From Pseudomonadota bacterium (GTDB taxonomy: Bacteria > Pseudomonadota > Alphaproteobacteria > Caulobacterales > Caulobacteraceae), in contig JAZKHQ010000022.1 in assembly GCA_040385285.1 (NCBI GenBank), forward strand, positions 18,109 through 82,108: 64,000 bases of DNA, written 5' to 3'. The notes under the pieces are model-generated. The model ran no database searches and was not told the DNA's origin. It saw only the letters and a list, made by a program, of their open reading frames with translations. The stretch's first letter is position 1, and each line of letters opens with the position of its first letter. Below are positions 33,701-42,252 of the stretch, one piece after another. Both the position numbers and the translations under genes were made by a program.

Positions 33701-36700
33701 CTCGCCCTCCGGCACGTTCAGCACGCCCGGCACGGCCCAGTTACCGCTTCCGTCAGCGTTGACACTCGTCAGAGGTGAACCGTTCAGGAACAGGTTGACG
33801 AAGGTATTGGGGTCCGCCGTGCCCGACACTGTCGGGTAGGAGTTGATGAAGGATCCGTTGGTCGGCGAGTTGATCACCGGCGCACTGGGGCGCGGCACAT
33901 AGGTGAACTGAACCCCCGGAACAACGTCCGTGATCCCGCCCGTGTTCGAGACACGAACGTCCACCGTTCCGGTCCCGGCAGGAGACTGCACGAACAGCTG
34001 GTTTGTGCTCACGTAGGTGATGCTTGCAGCGGAAACGCCGCCGAATGTCACCGCCACGTCGGGCGTGAAGTTCGAACCGACGATCAGCACATTGGTGCCG
34101 CCTGCTTCCGGTCCGGTAGGCGGTCCGAGGAGCGTGATCTCGGGCCGCTCGACATAGGTGAAGTCGTCCGCCGACGTGTTGGCGCTGGTTCCCGCAATGT
34201 TGGTCACGGAAACATCGATCGTGCCTGAGCCTGCCGGGCTGACGGCGGAGAGGGCAGTCGCGCTGATAAACGACACGGACGTCCCGGGCGTGCCGCCGAA
34301 GCTGACGGTCGAAGCCGGCGTGAAGTTCGAGCCGGTGATGTTGACGCTCGTTCCGCCGGCGACAGGCCCCGCCTGCGGCGAAATCGTGCTGATGATCGGC
34401 GTGGCGACAACGGTCAGGGCGGGAACCGACACCGAACCGGTCACGGACGCGCCGTTGGTGAGCAGCACATAGCCGACGTCAGCGAGGTTATAGGTTCCGC
34501 TGCTCGCCGAGGTCAGCTCAACCGTGGTCGAGCAGGTCGTGCCGCTGTTGGCGGGAAGCTGCAACCAAAGCGCCTGGCCCTGGTCCCCGCTGAAGCTGTT
34601 GGACCCGCCGCAGTTGATGGCGCCGACGCCGGAAACCGTGACGCCCGCAGGCAGGGCGTAGTTCTGGAAGTTGGGGTTGCCGGCAAAGCCGAATACGCCT
34701 CCCAGCAGCGCGTCATTGGGATTGGTCATCGACAGCGTCAGGGTCGTCGTTTGACCCGCTAGAATAGTCGTGTCCGACAGGGTGACGGACACGACCGGCG
34801 GCGTCGGAACGACTGACAGGGTGGCATTCGCGGACGTCCCTGAGCCACCCGCATTGGTGAACACCGCGCGATAGAGGAGCAGATGACGGCTCATCTGGCC
34901 GGTGACGGTCAGGGTGTTGGTGGTTGCGCCGGCATAGGCGCCGGGCGTGTTGGATATGTCGACGAAGGCGCTGCCACTGCCATCGGTGGACACCTGCCAC
35001 TGGACGGAAGGCGAACCCGAGGCCGAGGCGGTGAAGGTGGTGGTCGAGCCGGCGTTGACGCTGGTATTGGACGGGTCGCCCGTGACCGACGGTGCCGCGA
35101 CATAGGTGTACTGATCTGCTGCACTGGTCGCGCTGGTCCCCGTGACGTTCGTCACCTGAACATCGACCGTGCCGGAACCCGCCGGCGCCGTGGCCGTGAT
35201 CTGGGTCGTGCTGTTGACTACGTGGGCGGCCGCGACGCCGCCGAAGGTCACGCCGCTGACCGAGCTGAAGTTCGTGCCGGTGATGACGACCGACCCCCCG
35301 CCCGCGAGCGGTCCGCTGGTCGGGCTGACGGCGGTCACCGTCGGCGCCGCCGGATTGACGGTCAGGACGTTGGACGTGGCGCCGGGGCCGGTGGGGTTGC
35401 CCTGGTCGATCGCCTGGATCGTGCCCACCGAGAACTGGTAGGTATTCGGCTGGAAGCCGCGCATCACCATCGTATAGGTGCACGAACCACCGGCGGGGAC
35501 CGTGTAGCCCCCGGTCGAAAGGCCGGCGGGGCCATAGCTCAAGCCTCCCGCTCCCCCGCACGTCGTGTCGATAGTGGAATTGAGGCCCAGATAGTCCGGA
35601 CCCGGTATGGGCGCCATCGCCACCCTGGTCAGGGCGACCGTGGGATTGGGGTTCGTCAGGGTGATGGTCAGGGTCGAGTTCTGCAGCGTGACCACTGACG
35701 ACGGGCTGAACACCAGCGATGCGGTCGGCGGCGCGACATAGGTGATGTCATCGGCCGCGGTGTTAGCGGTCGTCCCGCCCGGGGTCGTCACCCGGATGTC
35801 GACCACGCCCATGGCATGGGCCGGCGCGACGGCGGTGATCTGGCTGTTGCTGTTGACCACATAGCTGGTCGCGTTCACGCCGTCGAAGGTGACGGCGGTG
35901 GCTCCGGTCAGGTCGGAACCGGTGATGACGATGCTGTTGCCGCCGGTGACGCGCGCATGGGCGGTGACGGCGCTGACCGAAGGCGCCGGCGGCGTCACCG
36001 TATAGGTGTTCGAGGTCGCACCGGCGCCGGTAAGGCCGCCGGGGTTCGCAAAGGTCGAGGCGATGCTGACGGTGTAGACGCCCGCAGCGAAACCGCGCAC
36101 CGGCGCGGTGATCACGCAGGTCCCGTTCGCCGGCACATTGCCGCTGTTCGAATTGATGCCCGAGGACCCGGAGGTGAAGTTGCCGCCGCAGCCGTTGGTC
36201 GGCGGCCCGTTGAGCCCGAAGTTCGCGGCGAAGGGGATCCCCGTCATCCCGAACTGGGTCAGGGCCACGCTGTTGGGGTTCGTGACCGTCATCGTCATGG
36301 TCGCGCTGTCGGTCGTCAGACCCGAAGACGGGCTGATGACGATCGAAAGCGTCGGCGGGGCCAGATAGGTGAAGTCGTCCGCCGAGGTGTTGGCGCTTGT
36401 TCCACCGCCGGTCGTCACGCGGACGTCGGTCAGACCGGCGGCATGCGCCGGGGTCGTAACGTGGATCTGGGTCGCGCTGTCTACGACGATGCCGGTCGCC
36501 GCCGTGCCGCCGATGGTGACGCCGGTCACGCCGGTCAGATCGGTCCCGTCGATGTACAGCGTCTGGCCGCCCGCGATTGATCCGTAGACGGACGACAGGC
36601 TGGTCACGGCCGGAACCGGCGGGGCGATGGCGGTGATGCTGCCCGGTGAACCCAGGTCGCCGGTTGGGAAGAATCCAACCCCGCCCACGACGAGGCCCGA

Positions 36701-37240
36701 TCCGACGTTGGAGAAGCTTTTCACACCTGCGGTCGAGGCGACCAGACGGACGGCCAGGGTGCAGGTCGTGCCTTGCGGAACATTGCTGCCCAAGGCCGAG
36801 AACCCACCACTGCCGGCCGCCACGCCGTTCAGGAACAGATTGCAGTCGTTGGTGACGGGCGTGGACGAGGAAACCGTGACGCCGGACGGCAGGGCATAGG
36901 CCGAGTTGGGAGAGCCGAGGGCGCCGATATAGGTATTGGTCGATGCGCCGGGATCGTTCTGGGTGACCTGGATGGTCAGTGTGAACGGTGTTCCCGTGGC
37001 GATTGTGCTGTCGGACAGGGACGCCGACCCGGTCGGCACGGCCTGGGCCGCAGCGCCCGAAGCAAGACCCGCCGCCATGGCGAACCCCAGGATCGACGTG
37101 ATCAGCGCGGCGGGGCGACGCCCGCGCGGCCTCGCGATGTCGCGGCTAGGCTGCGCTTCAGTGGCGCGGGCCTGGCCCGGCTGCGGCTTGAAGACGGTCT
37201 CACGGGCCCAGCGGCACGCACGCGTAATGGCATCGAACAT
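27794..37240 (-). CDS. Giant autotransporter adhesin 2, 3148 aa (DUF11-like Cys-containing domains alternating with IPT/TIG; bacterial Ig; 3x Calx-beta; putative-Ig; cadherin-like tandem repeats; beta-barrel)
   Basis: Intact ORF; LSINDVT..EGN Calx-beta; YTPAAGY.G.DSFTYTA cadherin-like repeats; RPDPS.DPDVRGL linker; barrel ending STRF. Confidence 0.92.
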   Translation of the reverse strand: MFDAITRACRWARETVFKPQPGQARATEAQPSRDIARPRGRRPAALITSILGFAMAAGLASGAAAQAVPTGSASLSDSTIATGTPFTLTIQVTQNDPGASTNTYIGALGSPNSAYALPSGVTVSSSTPVTNDCNLFLNGVAAGSGGFSALGSNVPQGTTCTLAVRLVASTAGVKSFSNVGSGLVVGGVGFFPTGDLGSPGSITAIAPPVPAVTSLSSVYGSIAGGQTLYIDGTDLTGVTGVTIGGTAATGIVVDSATQIHVTTPAHAAGLTDVRVTTGGGTSANTSADDFTYLAPPTLSIVISPSSGLTTDSATMTMTVTNPNSVALTQFGMTGIPFAANFGLNGPPTNGCGGNFTSGSSGINSNSGNVPANGTCVITAPVRGFAAGVYTVSIASTFANPGGLTGAGATSNTYTVTPPAPSVSAVTAHARVTGGNSIVITGSDLTGATAVTFDGVNATSYVVNSNSQITAVAPAHAMGVVDIRVTTPGGTTANTAADDITYVAPPTASLVFSPSSVVTLQNSTLTITLTNPNPTVALTRVAMAPIPGPDYLGLNSTIDTTCGGAGGLSYGPAGLSTGGYTVPAGGSCTYTMVMRGFQPNTYQFSVGTIQAIDQGNPTGPGATSNVLTVNPAAPTVTAVSPTSGPLAGGGSVVITGTNFSSVSGVTFGGVAAAHVVNSTTQITATAPAGSGTVDVQVTNVTGTSATSAADQYTYVAAPSVTGDPSNTSVNAGSTTTFTASASGSPSVQWQVSTDGSGSAFVDISNTPGAYAGATTNTLTVTGQMSRHLLLYRAVFTNAGGSGTSANATLSVVPTPPVVSVTLSDTTILAGQTTTLTLSMTNPNDALLGGVFGFAGNPNFQNYALPAGVTVSGVGAINCGGSNSFSGDQGQALWLQLPANSGTTCSTTVELTSASSGTYNLADVGYVLLTNGASVTGSVSVPALTVVATPIISTISPQAGPVAGGTSVNITGSNFTPASTVSFGGTPGTSVSFISATALSAVSPAGSGTIDVSVTNIAGTSANTSADDFTYVERPEITLLGPPTGPEAGGTNVLIVGSNFTPDVAVTFGGVSAASITYVSTNQLFVQSPAGTGTVDVRVSNTGGITDVVPGVQFTYVPRPSAPVINSPTNGSFINSYPTVSGTADPNTFVNLFLNGSPLTSVNADGSGNWAVPGVLNVPEGEHTLRASVTTDGGTSPDSNIVTFTFDSTAPNAPVIDAPADGSATTNRSPTYTGTAEANAAIEVTVSSNFVGTTTADGTGAWSITEPTILAVGSHVVQARATDAAGNQSNYSGGNTFTVYVEPNLSINDVTVTEGNVANFTVSLDGPAGPGGVTFDVNVAPGTASVSDFIAPPLTGLTIPEGQSSHLVSINAVDDALYELSETFTATVANVTGAVVADAEGVGTITNDDTAPAFTINDVTMSEGSAGTTAFTFTVAKTGDTQLASTVNFATADGTATVAGNDYFATSGTLTFNPSDTAHSVTVAVSGDLLYENNEAFFVNLSSAVDAGISDGQGVGTIVNDDAMPFLSVNDVTLNEGNAGTTAFVFTASLSAPSALAVTVDYGTVGLTATDGSDYSAPSGTFTFAPGETIKTATVLVNGDTTLEPDETFAFNLSAASNASFADNQGLGTIVNDDVAPPSAPVTTTPANGLVTSDNHPTISGTSDPGVIIDVIIDGASVGTTASNGGGNWFFSSYAPLSEGPHTVRSVATNSGGPSPSSNTNTFTVDSVAPAAPVVTAPANGSSTTNLNPVYTGTAEPASTVTVAVDGSAIGTTTADGSGNWSLTQPTPLTLAAHTVRASAADAAGNSSPNSGTNTFTVVPFAPVTGAVSATVAYGSSANPITLNLSGGSADSVAIAVQATNGVATASGASITYTPAAGYAGPDSFTYTATNAGGTSSPATATITVSMPTLTLNPATVPAATVGTAYSQTLTASGGAAPYSYARTAGALPAGLTLSAGGVLSGTPTAGGTFNFTVTATDSSNGPSAPFTTARAYSLNVAAPTISVSPMSTTATVGASFSNTFSAIGGTGPYSFAITAGALPAGMTLASNGQLTGTPTAGGTFNFTITATDSSTGTGAPYSGSRAYSLPVAAATIVLPTASLPAGAVTVPYSGQLPAATGGTAPYSYAFTAGDLPPGVTLSPTGALSGTPTGGGTFFFNARATDSSTGSGPYSTTQTYSIAIAAPAVTVGPTTLPDGTKAIAYSQVIAASGGVAPYSYAVTAGVLPNGLTLSPSTGVLSGTPSDNGTFNFTVTATDSATGNGPYAGSRAYSLFIALDPPTANPVSVSVAYGSADNPVTLNLTGGAANSLAIGTAPAHGTATVSGLSITYTPAAGYFGADSFTYTATNGSGTSVPATVTVTVGLPPAPTATGTSVSVPYASAGTAIDLTSRVAGVSTGVSVASAPSHGTTSIAGYVITYTPAAGYFGADSFTYTANGPGGSSAPATVSLSVATPPPPVVTPTPPTPVPPTTGGSSTVDLQTQVGGVVTGWRITIAPIHGAAVIEGAGPAPAPAAMPGEGPQATGPALSLRYTPTAGFMGTDTVTLVAEGPGGDSAPVTFTFQVPGMAPNRTATVASNAVSTIDTTSGLTGGPFNSVQITRAPGFGTAVVSGLNIVFTPGAANNGPTYLEYTITTPGGVSAVGRIDYTVNRAPGAQTLVVSTPAGRPVTVSLTANAVGGPFTGAAIVNLSIPTAGAAVLTQGGTAGNRTYDLTFTPAGTFTGRVDVNFTLTNAFATEGGVVQVTVTSRPDPSMDPDVRGLVSSQVDSALRFADTQISNFHRRLEQIRDGDNDSASNLSLNLNMGGANDIDPRAAARRRLGDQQASEDGLSLMETRARDEEADAFAQFGGRGGLTASVEAMDAPALGAAPSRSQGEDAQGGHSVGVWAGGGIDWGRREADGQRDTRFTTSGVSAGVDVKLTDALIVGAGLGYGDDRTRIGSNDTTSDGTSTVGALYAAWQAPNDIHLEGVFGYGSLDYDSKRWSTAASAFAFGERSGDMTFGSIGLAQEHRSEGMNRSLYARIDAQSVTLDGFTETGAGIYALTYDALEFDALSSTVGMRMDWRIQSRDSLFAPSLRFEWAHQFDEVGSQTVSYADWLASPRYGLELDSWARNRFALDLEGRWVFENMELTAGYRGTTSSDTISHGVQVKLSTRF

Positions 37241-37387
37241 GGATTACTCCCCCACCTTCTACCTTCCCACGGGGGCCGCGACCGAGTCCTTGCCTTACAG
37301 TCAAGCTTCTATTGACCCAGCGTCTCAACCTTGACCCTTGTTCGGCGAACATCGGCGGAGATTCTCGTTTTCGAATAGATTAGACGC

Positions 37388-38488
37388 TTGACGTCCGCCA
37401 GCGGACACAAGCAAATCCCGTCCTCGGCCGGGGGCGTGCCGACGTTTCGGGGAGCGCCGTTGAACGGCTCGGCAGGGGGGAAACCCCAGCGCACATTGTG
37501 GGAGCTGTCGGCGGAGACCACGCCCGACGCCGCCGACCGCTACCGCGCGGCGGTCGCCCACCTGTTCCAAATCGAGCTCAATGGCGCCGACGCCGATTTT
37601 CGTAACCGCCTCGAGGGTTACGACCTCGGCGAACTGGCCATGGGCCGGTGTCAGGGCGTCGCTCAGACCTTCATCCGTACACGGACTCAGGCCCACCGCG
37701 GCGTCGACCACGTGCAGGTCATCCTTCAGCTGTCCGACAGCGCCTGGACGGGCGATTACGACGGACGGCGGATCGACCATTCCATGGGACGGCTGCGGAT
37801 CGTCGACATGGCCCGGCCGTTCGAGGCCCACGGCGCCGATTTCGAAACCCTGAACCTGATGATCCCCCGGGCCCGGCTGGGCGAGGTCGCGGACCATGAC
37901 GTCCACGGCATGGTGGTGGCGGAAACCGATCCCGGCGCCCGGCTGTTGTTCGCGCACATGCTGGGTCTTTGGGAACAGCTTCCCGGGATGAAGATGGAGC
38001 AGGCCGTGGCCGGCGCCCGGGCCCTGATCGCGCTGCTCGCCGGCGTCATCGCGGGCGCAGCCCGGGGTCGGCGAACCGAAAGCCGCCCCCTGGAGCGCAC
38101 CCTGTTCGGTCTCGCGCGCGACCACATCGACGCCAACCTGGGAGACGTGAACCTCACGCCCGAAAGCCTGAGGCTTCATCTGGGTGTGTCGCGGCCGATG
38201 CTCTATCGGATCCTCGCCCCCGCCGGCGGGGTGTCCAGCTTCATCCAGACGCGGCGGCTGGACCATGCCTTCGACGCCGTCGCCGCCGCTTCCCGCACCA
38301 ACCTCAGCCTGGCGCAGATCGCCTTCGCCCACGGCTTCCGCTCCGACGCCCATTTCAGCCGCGCCTTCCGCAAGCGCTTCGGCATGTCGCCCGGCGAGCT
38401 CAAGGCGGTCGAGCGGCGCGGATCGCCGCCCCCGCCTCTGGCCGCAGATGATGTGGAACGCGTCTTCGACTGGTTCAGGCGGCTCTGA
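37388..38488 (+). CDS. AraC family transcriptional regulator, divergent from autotransporter 2 (true start uncertain)
   Basis: C-terminal double HTH (LHLGVSRPMLYRIL...IAFAHGFRSDAHFSRAFRKRFGMSP); FeaR-like N-terminal domain. Confidence 0.9.
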   Translation: MTSASGHKQIPSSAGGVPTFRGAPLNGSAGGKPQRTLWELSAETTPDAADRYRAAVAHLFQIELNGADADFRNRLEGYDLGELAMGRCQGVAQTFIRTRTQAHRGVDHVQVILQLSDSAWTGDYDGRRIDHSMGRLRIVDMARPFEAHGADFETLNLMIPRARLGEVADHDVHGMVVAETDPGARLLFAHMLGLWEQLPGMKMEQAVAGARALIALLAGVIAGAARGRRTESRPLERTLFGLARDHIDANLGDVNLTPESLRLHLGVSRPMLYRILAPAGGVSSFIQTRRLDHAFDAVAAASRTNLSLAQIAFAHGFRSDAHFSRAFRKRFGMSPGELKAVERRGSPPPPLAADDVERVFDWFRRL

Positions 38489-38519
38489 CGCTATCCGGAT
38501 GAGTTGAACGCCCCCCATT

Positions 38520-38559
38520 CAGCAAAAAGCCGGCGGGGGTGATGCGCCCCCGCCGGCCT
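38520..38559 (-). terminator. Terminator of autotransporter 3; identical to 21948-21987
   Basis: CAGCAAAAAGCCGGCGGGGGTGATGCGCCCCCGCCGGCCT exact duplicate. Confidence 0.88.
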
Positions 38560-38587
38560 GTTTGTCGTCAGTCGTGGCTCAGACGGA

Positions 38588-41500
38588 TCAGAACTTTTTC
38601 GACAGCATGAACCGAAGCGTTCCGAGGGTCTGGCCGTTGGCGAAGCGTCCGCCGACCTCGCCGGTGGCGGTCCAGCCGCCGGTGGTGGTCATGTTCAGCC
38701 CCAGGTCGAGGGCGAACTCGCTGCGGTCCCAGCCGGTCGACTGGATCTGGTAGGTCGGTCCGCTCAGCCAGTCGGCGTACTGCAGGCTCTGGATCCCGCC
38801 GTCGGCGAACTCGTGCCGGTACTCGACGCGGAAGCTGGGGGTCCACTGGCTGTCCCGTTCCTCGTGGGTCCAGGCGTAGCGGGCGCCCAGCACCCCTTGC
38901 AGGCTTTCGACGTCGCGGGCGTCATAGCTGAGCGCCCACAGCGGCGAACCGCTTTCGGTGTAGGCGTCCAGCTCGGCGTTCATCGACTCGATGCGGGTGT
39001 AGGCGTTGACGTGCCCGATCGCGACCGGCCGGTCGTAGCCGAGACCCACCGAGCCGAACACCGCCGTGCCGTCGCGCGAGCCCGTCACCAGGCTGTTGTC
39101 GGCGGTCACCCGGCGCTGCAGGTCGAACTCAAGCGTGCCATAGCCCAGCATGGCGTCCAGATAGACGCCGCCCCGGGGCCGCCAGCTGCCGTAGACCACG
39201 CCTACGAAGCTGGTCGAGTCCACGCTGGAGTCGGCCACGCCCACATCGGCGCTCTCCTCGCCGAAGCCGCCGCCGATGCCGATGTCCAGGGTCGGCGACA
39301 CGGCCATGTCGGCCCCCAGGCTGATCCCGCCCGAGCGCACCGCGAACTTCGACTGGCCCGTGTCCCCGTCACGCTCGCCGAAGGCGATCGCGCCGCCGGT
39401 CCAGAAGCGCAGGCCGCCCGAAGGACCGCCGTCGCCCGATTGAACCGGCGCGGCGTTCAGGCCGCCGACGCCCATGCCCGTGTTCGAGCCGAAGCCCGCC
39501 TTCCCGGACGCGCCTGCGAGGGCAAGCCCCTCGGCGTTCGCGTCACGCCACAGCATGGCGTTCAGCTCGGCCCGGTCCGGGTCGGCCATCGACTGCCGGC
39601 CGAACATCCGCCCGCCGGCCAGCTGGGTGCGCAGGTCGGCCTCGCGGCCCAGCTCGGTCACGCCCGAGTTCAGGCTCAGGCCCATGCTCATGGTCTGGGC
39701 TCCGCCGCCCGAGTGCAGCTGCTCCAGCCGGCGGTTGAAGTTGCCGATCTGGGTCTCGGTCAGGCGGCGGGTGGCCTCCGCCTGGGCCGCGTCCAGCCCC
39801 CGCACGTCCGGGTCCGCCGACGGATCGGGACGGGCCATGATCGTGATGCGCAGCACAACCGTGCCGGTGTTGCCGAAGGCGTCGGTCGCCGTGACCGTGA
39901 AGGGATAGCTCCCCACCGCATACGACGTGCCCGAGATCCGGCCCGCCGTGGTCAGGGTGATCCCCGCCGGCAGCGCCCCCGAAGTGACCGCATAGGTCAC
40001 CGCGCCGGAACCGCCCGTCGACGACAGCTGCTGATTATACGCAACCCCCGCCATCACCCCAGGCAACGCCGTCGGCGTCACCGTCAGCGTCGCCGCATTG
40101 ACCACCAGGGTCACGGAGACGTCGGTATAGTAGGGGCCGGTTCCGGCCGCGAGCGGCCCGTCGGAGCCCTTGCCGATAGCGCCGCCGCCGCCCGTTCCCG
40201 TCGAACTGTCGGTCACCCGGATCACGAGCGGGAAGCTGCCCGTGACCGTCGGCGTGCCCGCGAGCACGCCCGCCGAGGTCAGGGTGATCCCCGCCGGGAG
40301 CGGACCCGACTGAAGCGAGAAGGTGTAGGGCGCGGTGCCGCCGGATCCGGTCAGGGTCTGGCTGTAGGCCGAGCCGCGGGTGGCGGCCGGCAACGTGGTG
40401 GGGGTGAACGTCACCGTGGGCGCATTCACGGTCAGGCTGAAGGCGCGGCTGGCGGTCGCCCCGCTGGCCCCGCCGTCGGTCGCCGTGACCGTGAAGTTGA
40501 AGTTTCCGCCCTGGGTCGGGGTGCCCGAAAGCACCCCCGCCGACGACAGGGTCAGGCCCGCCGGCAGCACGCCGCCCGTCACCGCGAAGGTGCAGGGGCC
40601 GACGCAGTCCGTGGCGGTCAGCGCGGCGCTGTAGCTCGCGGCCACCGTGGCGTTGGACAAAGTCGTCGGGGTTATGCCGGTGACGCCCAGGTAGGTGTAG
40701 TCGTTGCCCGTCCCCGCCGCGGCGCTGGTTCCCCCGGCCGTCGTCACCGTGACGTCGAACGGCCCGGTGGCGTGCGCCGGGGTCGTCGCCGTGATCGAGG
40801 TGTCGCTGTTGACGGTGAAGACCGCCGCGGCGCCGCCGAAGCTGACCGCCGTCGCGCCGGTGAAGCCCGTGCCCGTGATGGTCACCACGGTTCCGCCTGC
40901 GCGCGCGCCGCTGGAGGGCGACAGCCCTGTGACGACCGGAGCCGCGAAATCGTCGTTGGTGATGGTCCCGGCGCCCTGGGCGTCGCCCACGGTCGCGCCC
41001 GTCACATTGGTGACGTTGACGAAGAAGCTCTCATTCGGCTCGACCCCGAGATCGCCGAGAACCGCAACATTGAATGTATAGCTCGTGCCGCCCTGCGGGA
41101 TCGTCTGCCCCGTAAGCGACGAGGCGGTGAAGTCATTGCCCGCCGCGGTCGCCGTGCCGTCGGCGGTGGCGATATCGAAGGTGACGCCTCCGGGTCCGGC
41201 GGCAGCGTCGAGGCTGACGGTGAAGACCGCGTTCACCGTCCCGGAGTTGCCCTCCGTGACAGTGGCGTCGTTGATGTTCAGCACGACCGGCGCGGCGTTC
41301 ACCGTGACGGTGAAGCTGTTGCTGGCGCTGTTGCCCGACAGGTCGACCGAGCTGAAGGTGTTGGTGGTCACGCCGACCGGGAAGCTCGCGCCCGACCCCA
41401 GACCGGCGGTCTGGGTCACGGGGCGCGCGCCGTCCACCGCGTCATTGGCGGTCGGAGCGGCGTAGGTGACCACGGCGGAGGATTGACCCGAGGCGGCCGT

Positions 41501-42055
41501 GACCGTGATGTTGCTCGGCACCGTGATGACGGGCGGGGTCGTGTCGCCCGGAATGACATACGACGCGGCCGAGAACAGGACAGTGTAGCCCGTGCCGTTC
41601 GAAGTCATCGAGACGTCGAAATGCGAACCATCCGAGAAGGTGAAGACGTAGGCGCAGGTCCGGTTGGTCCCATACGGGAAGGCGACGCGTCCCGCATTGG
41701 CCGTCAGGAATGTAGAGCACCCGCCGGTCACCGACTGACTGGCGTAGGTCACGCCGGAGACGACGAGGCTGGAGTTGTCGTCATCGAAGGAGATCGAGGA
41801 CGTCAGGCCGGCCCCCGGCGCGGCGGCACAGCCGGTCGCCGAGAAATAGTAGGTGTAATTGTTGGCCGTGCCTGTCCCCGTGATGTTCGGACAGGCCACC
41901 GTCTGGGCGCTGGCCGCCGTCGGCAAGGCGACGTTCACCGCCACGCCCGCGCCCGTCATGAGGATGAAGGCTGTGGCGATCGTCGCCAGACCGCCGATCA
42001 TCTTGCGTGAAGCCGAGGCGAATTGCGCCGAAAGACGAGACACAAGCGAGACCAT
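38588..42055 (-). CDS. Autotransporter adhesin 3 (Cys-containing tip, HYR, Calx-beta, IPT/TIG, putative-Ig repeats, beta-barrel)
   Basis: Start MVSLVSRL after a GGGGGA RBS; C-terminal about 500 aa closely homologous to autotransporter 1; ends SKKF. Confidence 0.92.
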   Translation of the reverse strand: MVSLVSRLSAQFASASRKMIGGLATIATAFILMTGAGVAVNVALPTAASAQTVACPNITGTGTANNYTYYFSATGCAAAPGAGLTSSISFDDDNSSLVVSGVTYASQSVTGGCSTFLTANAGRVAFPYGTNRTCAYVFTFSDGSHFDVSMTSNGTGYTVLFSAASYVIPGDTTPPVITVPSNITVTAASGQSSAVVTYAAPTANDAVDGARPVTQTAGLGSGASFPVGVTTNTFSSVDLSGNSASNSFTVTVNAAPVVLNINDATVTEGNSGTVNAVFTVSLDAAAGPGGVTFDIATADGTATAAGNDFTASSLTGQTIPQGGTSYTFNVAVLGDLGVEPNESFFVNVTNVTGATVGDAQGAGTITNDDFAAPVVTGLSPSSGARAGGTVVTITGTGFTGATAVSFGGAAAVFTVNSDTSITATTPAHATGPFDVTVTTAGGTSAAAGTGNDYTYLGVTGITPTTLSNATVAASYSAALTATDCVGPCTFAVTGGVLPAGLTLSSAGVLSGTPTQGGNFNFTVTATDGGASGATASRAFSLTVNAPTVTFTPTTLPAATRGSAYSQTLTGSGGTAPYTFSLQSGPLPAGITLTSAGVLAGTPTVTGSFPLVIRVTDSSTGTGGGGAIGKGSDGPLAAGTGPYYTDVSVTLVVNAATLTVTPTALPGVMAGVAYNQQLSSTGGSGAVTYAVTSGALPAGITLTTAGRISGTSYAVGSYPFTVTATDAFGNTGTVVLRITIMARPDPSADPDVRGLDAAQAEATRRLTETQIGNFNRRLEQLHSGGGAQTMSMGLSLNSGVTELGREADLRTQLAGGRMFGRQSMADPDRAELNAMLWRDANAEGLALAGASGKAGFGSNTGMGVGGLNAAPVQSGDGGPSGGLRFWTGGAIAFGERDGDTGQSKFAVRSGGISLGADMAVSPTLDIGIGGGFGEESADVGVADSSVDSTSFVGVVYGSWRPRGGVYLDAMLGYGTLEFDLQRRVTADNSLVTGSRDGTAVFGSVGLGYDRPVAIGHVNAYTRIESMNAELDAYTESGSPLWALSYDARDVESLQGVLGARYAWTHEERDSQWTPSFRVEYRHEFADGGIQSLQYADWLSGPTYQIQSTGWDRSEFALDLGLNMTTTGGWTATGEVGGRFANGQTLGTLRFMLSKKF

Positions 42056-42252
42056 GTCGGATTCCCCCATCCAGAGAAGAGAAGTTAACGCCAATTAATC
42101 TGGATTGGCAAACCGCGTTCGACGAACCCCCGCCCACGCCCAAAACTGCTTGCATTGCATAAATTTAAGGAGTGGCGCGGCCTCGCACCCGCTACAGACG
42201 GCGCGGGTGCGCCGGGGGGCGTAAACCGCCGCGATCTTTCCAGGTGAGTCTC

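Noticed and set aside
37312-37337. AraC-binding direct repeat TTGACCC-N12-TTGACCC
   Set aside because: Only 7 nt long with a 19-nt period rather than the usual 21 or so; chance cannot be excluded.
22016-42055. Diversity-generating retroelement or invertible shufflon acting on the adhesins
   Set aside because: No reverse transcriptase, no adenine-specific template/variable repeat pair, no invertase and no inverted gene fragments.
42085-42098. CtrA box upstream of autotransporter 3 (TTAA-CGCCAA-TTAA), and TTAA-TCA-TTAA upstream of motA (56764-56774)
   Set aside because: Spacers are 6 and 3 nt rather than 7; they could be half-sites but are too weak to call.
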